Virus record (IMG/VR): IMGVR_UViG_3300037485_001431
Span: 1 to 54,229 of that record
Source: a virus
Taxonomy: Duplodnaviria > Caudoviricetes
Length of the DNA: 54,229 nucleotides
Direction: 5' to 3' (one strand)
The translations under genes were made by a program, and so were the position numbers. Each line of letters begins with the position of its first letter. Within the stretch, counting starts at the first letter, position 1. Shown here in pieces: positions 49,261-54,229 of this stretch. The notes below the pieces were generated by a model. It ran no database searches. It worked only from the letters and a program-made list of their open reading frames with translations, and was not told where the DNA came from.

Positions 49261-49342
49261 ATTTTATAAATATCTATTAAAATATTCTAAAATAGTTTTT
49301 TGGTAGGGAAAGTTTTACTATATTTGTAGAAATAAATCACAT

Positions 49343-49615
49343 ATGACAAAGACGGTATTTAATATTAAAGTTATGAACGAAAAGTTTGGAACATTACTTT
49401 CCGAAACTTTTGTTGACCCAATTCAGTTCAAAATCTTCTTAAAGATGGTTGATGGGGCCTTGAATCTTAATGTTGATTTATCATATTATGATGGTGATAC
49501 GTTCTTGGTTCACATTCCTAATAAAATTTTAAAGGAATCTGTAGTGATTACTGGAACAGAACAAGTATCTTTGTCAGAACAAGTTAGAAACAAAATTGAA
49601 ACCTTAGTAGGATAA
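49343..49615 (+). CDS. Hypothetical protein
   Basis: Downstream of TATATTTG at 49319. Confidence 0.65.
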   Translation: MTKTVFNIKVMNEKFGTLLSETFVDPIQFKIFLKMVDGALNLNVDLSYYDGDTFLVHIPNKILKESVVITGTEQVSLSEQVRNKIETLVG

Positions 49616-49617
49616 TT

Positions 49618-50052
49618 ATGAAAAATGTATTGTATCTCGTATTATTTGTGTTGTCATTAACTTCTTGTACCAAACAAGATTTTACCAATCAACATCCGTT
49701 AGCACCACAACCAATCATAACTGACTCAACTTTGGTTGATAGTACGGTTAGTTTGAAGAACACAACATGGGTGATTACCAAAGTGTTGAATACACAAATG
49801 AATGACGACACAAGATCTGACACACTTAAGTTCATTACCAATACAACTTACTCGTTCAACGGAGTTCAGGCAACCTATAGTATATATTCGACACCATCAG
49901 GATATAAGTTGAATTTGAATAATACTGAGTGGGGTCACATCTGTGGAAGTTTAGTTGAATATAACTTAACTAGCGGAAAGATTGAAAATAAACAATTTAA
50001 CGATGTCTTTACTGGGGACTTTGTGGTAAAGATTTGGATGTATAAAATATAG
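49618..50052 (+). CDS. Lipoprotein
   Basis: MKN + hydrophobic stretch + LTSC lipobox. Confidence 0.75.
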   Translation: MKNVLYLVLFVLSLTSCTKQDFTNQHPLAPQPIITDSTLVDSTVSLKNTTWVITKVLNTQMNDDTRSDTLKFITNTTYSFNGVQATYSIYSTPSGYKLNLNNTEWGHICGSLVEYNLTSGKIENKQFNDVFTGDFVVKIWMYKI

Positions 50053-50117
50053 TTTCTTTGTTTGTATCTTTAAAACAAAGTGGTGGAGAGTTGACATATT
50101 CAATGTCGGCCCAAAAT

Positions 50118-50145
50118 AAAGGTGAGGTAACACTCACCTTTTTTT
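50118..50145 (+). terminator. Rho-independent terminator
   Basis: AAAGGTGAG-GTAACA-CTCACCTTT plus T-run. Confidence 0.8.
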
Positions 50146-50180
50146 ATTTCCTGTATATTTATATAATAAAAAATTCTAAT

Positions 50181-51131
50181 ATGAAAAGCAAATTATTTTT
50201 AGAAGAGGGTGAAATATCAAGAATCCTTAATATGCACAAAAAGGCAATCCAAGAACAAGTCAACGTTAATGGTGACGAAGTAGAAAACAATCAAGTCCAA
50301 ATGGATGAGGAATTAGATGAAGCAAATGATTTGATGGAAAACACTCAAACATATGTGTTACCTAATGAATATTATTTAGAAGCAAGAGACGCTGGATTTC
50401 TTGGTGGAAATGCGGAATTAAAAATGTTCAAAGGGGCAAAATTTAATATTGATGGTAAGGGAATTTTAAAATCTAATACTAAATATCAATTTGTTGATAC
50501 AGTTGATGGTACTGTTTATATTCCAGGTCAGGATATTCCTGCAAACTATAAAATTAAACTTGACGGTCAAGGTACAATTACGGGTACTGTAACATATGTT
50601 TGTGGACAAGGTAAATTTTATACAAACTATAACACAGATTATTTATTATATGATGAGGATGGTAAGTTATCACCTAAGTTAAGTAAATTGTGTCAAGCGT
50701 CCAAAACTCAGACACCTGTAAAATCCGTTGGTGGTGGAGGTAAAGTGACCACAAAATCAAAATGTCCAAAACTTGAAAAGACTTATTTAGATAAGGGGTA
50801 TGTTATGGTTACCGAAAAAAGATATAAAGAACTTGCAAATGATAAAACAAGAGTGAGAAAATATGCTTGGTGTCCTATAAGTAAGACTAACATTTATTTT
50901 GCAAAAATAATACAAGGAATACCTGAAAAAGGTGGTTTCCCTGGTGGAAAAGTCGGTGGTGGAGGATCACTACCGTTTGATTATAATGAAGTTATAACAG
51001 CAATAAACACTAAATGTCCTGCAGGTGGTGGGGGTGGCAACAACGCAACAGGTGTAGACATTGATATAGATGGAGAAAAAATAGTACCTGTACCTAAAAT
51101 GCCAATGGACGTATATAACGCAATAGGTTAA
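50181..51131 (+). CDS. Hypothetical Gly-rich protein with acidic leader
   Basis: Likely start MKSKLFLEE at 50181, after the terminator and TATTTAT. Confidence 0.7.
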   Translation: MKSKLFLEEGEISRILNMHKKAIQEQVNVNGDEVENNQVQMDEELDEANDLMENTQTYVLPNEYYLEARDAGFLGGNAELKMFKGAKFNIDGKGILKSNTKYQFVDTVDGTVYIPGQDIPANYKIKLDGQGTITGTVTYVCGQGKFYTNYNTDYLLYDEDGKLSPKLSKLCQASKTQTPVKSVGGGGKVTTKSKCPKLEKTYLDKGYVMVTEKRYKELANDKTRVRKYAWCPISKTNIYFAKIIQGIPEKGGFPGGKVGGGGSLPFDYNEVITAINTKCPAGGGGGNNATGVDIDIDGEKIVPVPKMPMDVYNAIG

Positions 51132-51153
51132 ATAATAAAAAAATATAACAGAT

Positions 51154-51363
51154 ATGAGCAAAATTAAAATAACACAACAACAAATGAGAAAACTACAAGA
51201 ATCACTTAATGAAAGTGTTATTGTGGAGCAAACAAAAGATCAAGTAGTTGAGATTCAAAATAAGTTAAACTCTTGTTTTTCTGCCGGATTAACGGTTGAT
51301 GGGATTGCTGGTAAAAACACAAAGGCGGCAATTGAAAAATTTACTGATTATAGATTTTCTTAA
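51154..51363 (+). CDS. Small peptidoglycan-binding domain protein
   Basis: V.EIQ.KL...LTVDGIAGKNTKAAIEKF (PG_binding_1-like). Confidence 0.7.
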   Translation: MSKIKITQQQMRKLQESLNESVIVEQTKDQVVEIQNKLNSCFSAGLTVDGIAGKNTKAAIEKFTDYRFS

Positions 51364-51383
51364 TTAAAAAATTATAAATTAAT

Positions 51384-51408
51384 AAGGGAGAGAAATCTCC
51401 CTTTTTTT
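51384..51408. terminator. Terminator between convergent genes
   Basis: AAGGGAGA-GAAA-TCTCCCTT plus T-run. Confidence 0.8.
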
Positions 51409-51419
51409 GTGCACATAAA

Positions 51420-51794
51420 TTAACCGATATTTGCACCACTAACCTCTTTAATTTCAAGATCAGGGAAAAGACCATTAAAGTAATCGTATACCGCATTTTT
51501 TAAATGTCTTGATAATATATGATGTGGAATTGAATTTTCCATTTCACGATCCAACGAATAATCGTAATAAAGTGTTTTAGATCCACTTCTATGTGCAAAT
51601 AATGGTTCTTTTTTGTCGTTCATTAAATATGTTGAACCATGAGCCTTACCCCAAGATTTTACATCCTGTTTTAACATACTTATTAAGAGTTTTCTATATT
51701 TAGGATATTCGTCAGCATATTCGGCATCCCAACGATCTCTTTTATAGGTTTCGCTTAATAATGTAAGTTGATGTTCGTTAATGATAATTTTCAT
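51420..51794 (-). CDS. Hypothetical protein with MKIIINEHQL leader
   Basis: TATTTAT 6 nt upstream. Confidence 0.7.
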   Translation of the reverse strand: MKIIINEHQLTLLSETYKRDRWDAEYADEYPKYRKLLISMLKQDVKSWGKAHGSTYLMNDKKEPLFAHRSGSKTLYYDYSLDREMENSIPHHILSRHLKNAVYDYFNGLFPDLEIKEVSGANIG

Positions 51795-51835
51795 GTATTG
51801 ATAAATATTATCAAAATGTTTATTATCTTTGTACT

Positions 51836-52237
51836 ATGGAAAAAATACTTTTTATTGTTAGAGGAATACCGGGAAGTGGTAAATCAACTTTTGCAAAAAC
51901 TTTGGGTGGAAAACATTTTGAAACGGACAACTTCTTTATGGTTGATGGTGAATATAAGTTTGATGTAACAAAACTTAAGGCTGCTCACGAGTGGTGTCAA
52001 AATAGTGTAAACACCGCAATGATATTGAATATAACCACTGACTTAAACAGTACTATCGTTGTTTCAAATACATTCACACAAGAGTGGGAAATGAAACCAT
52101 ATTTTGATATGGCAGAAACATACGGGTATCGTGTATTCTCATTAATTGTTGAGAACAGACATGGTGGGGTAAATCAACACGGAGTCCCTCAGGACAAACT
52201 TGAGATTATGAAAAACAGATTTGAAACAAAATTATAA
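51836..52237 (+). CDS. P-loop kinase (AAA_33/polynucleotide kinase-like)
   Basis: RGIPGSGKST, VSNTF, HGVP. Confidence 0.8.
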   Translation: MEKILFIVRGIPGSGKSTFAKTLGGKHFETDNFFMVDGEYKFDVTKLKAAHEWCQNSVNTAMILNITTDLNSTIVVSNTFTQEWEMKPYFDMAETYGYRVFSLIVENRHGGVNQHGVPQDKLEIMKNRFETKL

Positions 52238-52890
52238 TGAAATTTGATAAAATATTAACAACAGGTAAAGTGTGGATCACATCAGATACTCACTACAACC
52301 ATAAAAACATTTGTAGAGGTGTAACCAATTGGAGAACACTTGATGGGGAAGTACCGGATTGGAGTACAAGAGACTTCCAAACATTAGAACTAATGAATAA
52401 CACATTAGTGGATAACATTAACTCAAAGGTGGGTCAGGACGATACCTTAATCATGTTGGGTGATGTTTCGTTTGGTGGATTTGAGTTTATTAAAATTTTC
52501 TTAGACCGATTAATATGTAAAAACATACACTTGGTTCTTGGAAACCACGATCACCACATTAGAAATAACAGAAGTAACATTAAAGATATGTTCTTATCTG
52601 TTAATGATTACTTACAGGTTAACATTGTTGGTGAGAATTTTGTAATGACTCACTATCCATTTGAAAGTTGGAATGGTCTCAATAAAGGTGTTATTCACCT
52701 TCACGGACACGTTCACTTACCGGTAGGTAGAAAGTGGGGTAAAGGTAAACGATTGGACGTTGGTGTGGATGGTAATAACTTATATCCGTATAGTTTAACG
52801 GAGATTGTTCACATGATGGATAAACGAGAGATTGCGTCTCAAATGGATGACGACCATCATTTAGATGATATAGATGGAGTTGTAGGTTAA
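52237..52890 (+). CDS. Calcineurin-like metallophosphoesterase
   Basis: SDTH, LGD, GNHD, THYP, HGHVH. Confidence 0.85.
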   Translation: MKFDKILTTGKVWITSDTHYNHKNICRGVTNWRTLDGEVPDWSTRDFQTLELMNNTLVDNINSKVGQDDTLIMLGDVSFGGFEFIKIFLDRLICKNIHLVLGNHDHHIRNNRSNIKDMFLSVNDYLQVNIVGENFVMTHYPFESWNGLNKGVIHLHGHVHLPVGRKWGKGKRLDVGVDGNNLYPYSLTEIVHMMDKREIASQMDDDHHLDDIDGVVG

Positions 52891-52916
52891 ATTACAACTC
52901 CAATATATTTATTAGT

Positions 52917-54161
52917 ATGAAAAATATTCTTATTACCGAAAATCAATTAAAACTTATTAGTGAAGCCTTAGGGGTTCCTGATATTATCTTGGATGTTGCC
53001 GAACAAGTGTTTGATAGTGTTGCTCAAGATATTAAATCTATCAGAACTAAAAAAGATGAATACATTTTTAGAGGTAATGTTGGTGTACAACTTGGTGATA
53101 AGAAAAAAATAGATATTGATGATTACGAATTAACGGTAAGTGTGGTGTATCCTGATGATTATGATGAAGAACCGCAAATTATGTCAATGGGAATGGTTCA
53201 ACAATTTAATTTTGATAGAAACATAATGATGAAACGAACCCAACAATCATCAACCGCTGAAATAGAAATTGATTACGCCGTTTCTGATAATTGGGAACCT
53301 ATTGATTTGTACAACACATTGATGAAGAGTAAAACAAAACACTTAGCATCTATTGCTCACGAATTGAAACACAAATATGATAAGCAATCTAAAAAAATTG
53401 ATTTAATTGGTAGAGAGGCGTTATATCACTCAACAATGAAGATGGGTAGATCAGGAATACCGGCAATTGATTCAGTATTTATGAGGGCGTTATATTTTGT
53501 CTCAATGACGGAAAATTTGGTTAGACCTGTTGAGATTGCGTCTATAATCAAAAGTAAAAATATTACCAAGTCACAGTTTAAAGATTTCTTAATGAAAACG
53601 GATGTATATAGAGAACTACAAAATATTAAGAACTATACTTTTGACGATTTTATCAATGATATGAAAGAACAAATGAATAAAGTTGATAATTTATTGGAAC
53701 ATGTGAATGTTGATGGATTAGAGGATATGTCGGAAGACGATAAGATCAAAAAAGTTTTAGAGGTTATATACGGAACATTAACAAATGCAAGGTTAGATAT
53801 TTTTCAAGATATGACATCTAATAAACAAGATGAACTTATGGATATGTTTAAGGATTTATTTGGTCAAGATCTTAAAAAGGATGATCCCCAACAAAAAGGA
53901 TTAGAACAAGTTAGAAACAAGTTCTTTAACTATGCTGCCAAATACAAAGACAATCCTGTTAAATTTTTTGAAGACGAGTTTGAGAACTTTAACTATACTG
54001 CAAACAAAGTATTGAAGAGATTATCTAAAATATACGCTTTAGCTCAAGATGACGAACAACCAGTAAGTGAGTCAATTTTAAATTGGGAACTTTATCAGAA
54101 GGTAAAGGAACAAAAAGAAGGGAAACAAAAATTTTCTACAAAAATCAAATCATTTAAGTAA
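52917..54161 (+). CDS. Hypothetical protein with HExxH motif and MKNILITENQL leader
   Basis: IAHELKH plus a downstream E; TATTTAT 4 nt upstream. Confidence 0.7.
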   Translation: MKNILITENQLKLISEALGVPDIILDVAEQVFDSVAQDIKSIRTKKDEYIFRGNVGVQLGDKKKIDIDDYELTVSVVYPDDYDEEPQIMSMGMVQQFNFDRNIMMKRTQQSSTAEIEIDYAVSDNWEPIDLYNTLMKSKTKHLASIAHELKHKYDKQSKKIDLIGREALYHSTMKMGRSGIPAIDSVFMRALYFVSMTENLVRPVEIASIIKSKNITKSQFKDFLMKTDVYRELQNIKNYTFDDFINDMKEQMNKVDNLLEHVNVDGLEDMSEDDKIKKVLEVIYGTLTNARLDIFQDMTSNKQDELMDMFKDLFGQDLKKDDPQQKGLEQVRNKFFNYAAKYKDNPVKFFEDEFENFNYTANKVLKRLSKIYALAQDDEQPVSESILNWELYQKVKEQKEGKQKFSTKIKSFK

Positions 54162-54192
54162 TTTTATTCAAAAAGTTTCTTATATTTGTTCT

Positions 54193-54229
54193 ATGTGGAC
54201 AACTAAAGAAACTAAAAGAGAATATCGTG
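54193..54229 (+). CDS. 3'-truncated gene start
   Basis: ATG lies 4 nt after TATATTTG; frame is open to the window end. Confidence 0.5.
   Translation, partial: MWTTKETKREYR

Noticed and set aside
50058-50180. Upstream-extended starts in the ORF track (also 40944, 31481, 43699, 12330, 20273, 36509)
   Set aside because: The extensions run through terminators or promoter motifs or overlap neighbours; downstream ATGs fit the motif spacing.
1-54229. Alternative genetic code (stop-codon reassignment)
   Set aside because: Recognisable genes are full-length in code 11, and TAG and TGA end genes at sensible positions (sigma, DnaJ, GT).
1-54229. Eukaryotic, NCLDV or bacterial chromosome origin
   Set aside because: Sigma70, coupled operons and intrinsic terminators argue against a eukaryotic origin. 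Phage-type replication genes with mostly hypothetical genes and no housekeeping operons argue against a chromosome.

Overview
AT-rich, gene-dense fragment of a large (jumbo/huge-type) tailed dsDNA phage using the standard genetic code. The host is most likely Bacteroidota, based on about ten TAnnTTTG -7 promoter boxes, no Shine-Dalgarno sites, a Bacteroidota-type sigma70, an Hc1-like peptide and SprB-like repeats. 1-12.3 kb is a putative virion-surface cluster of Cys-rich proteins with long mucin-like Pro/Thr linkers, and it contains a glycosyltransferase whose motifs resemble plant protein O-glycosyltransferases (SRGT1/HPAT). This is the best candidate for an undescribed system: a phage mucin-like glycocoat. 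12.3-23 kb holds primase, HNH, exonuclease, Mre11/Rad50, an MTase and sigma. 23-31 kb holds membrane/lysis-like and acidic proteins. 31-54 kb holds DnaJ, LAGLIDADG, Dam, redoxins, glutamine synthetase II, another MTase, a kinase/phosphoesterase pair and many acidic proteins with a shared [ILV]xE-type leader. Other notable signals are a second promoter class (TATTTAT) placed for leaderless translation, small RHH-like genes coupled to both homing endonucleases, a structured ncRNA candidate at 38.16-38.37 kb and an ArfA-like peptide. All family calls come from motif recognition by eye; no searches were run.
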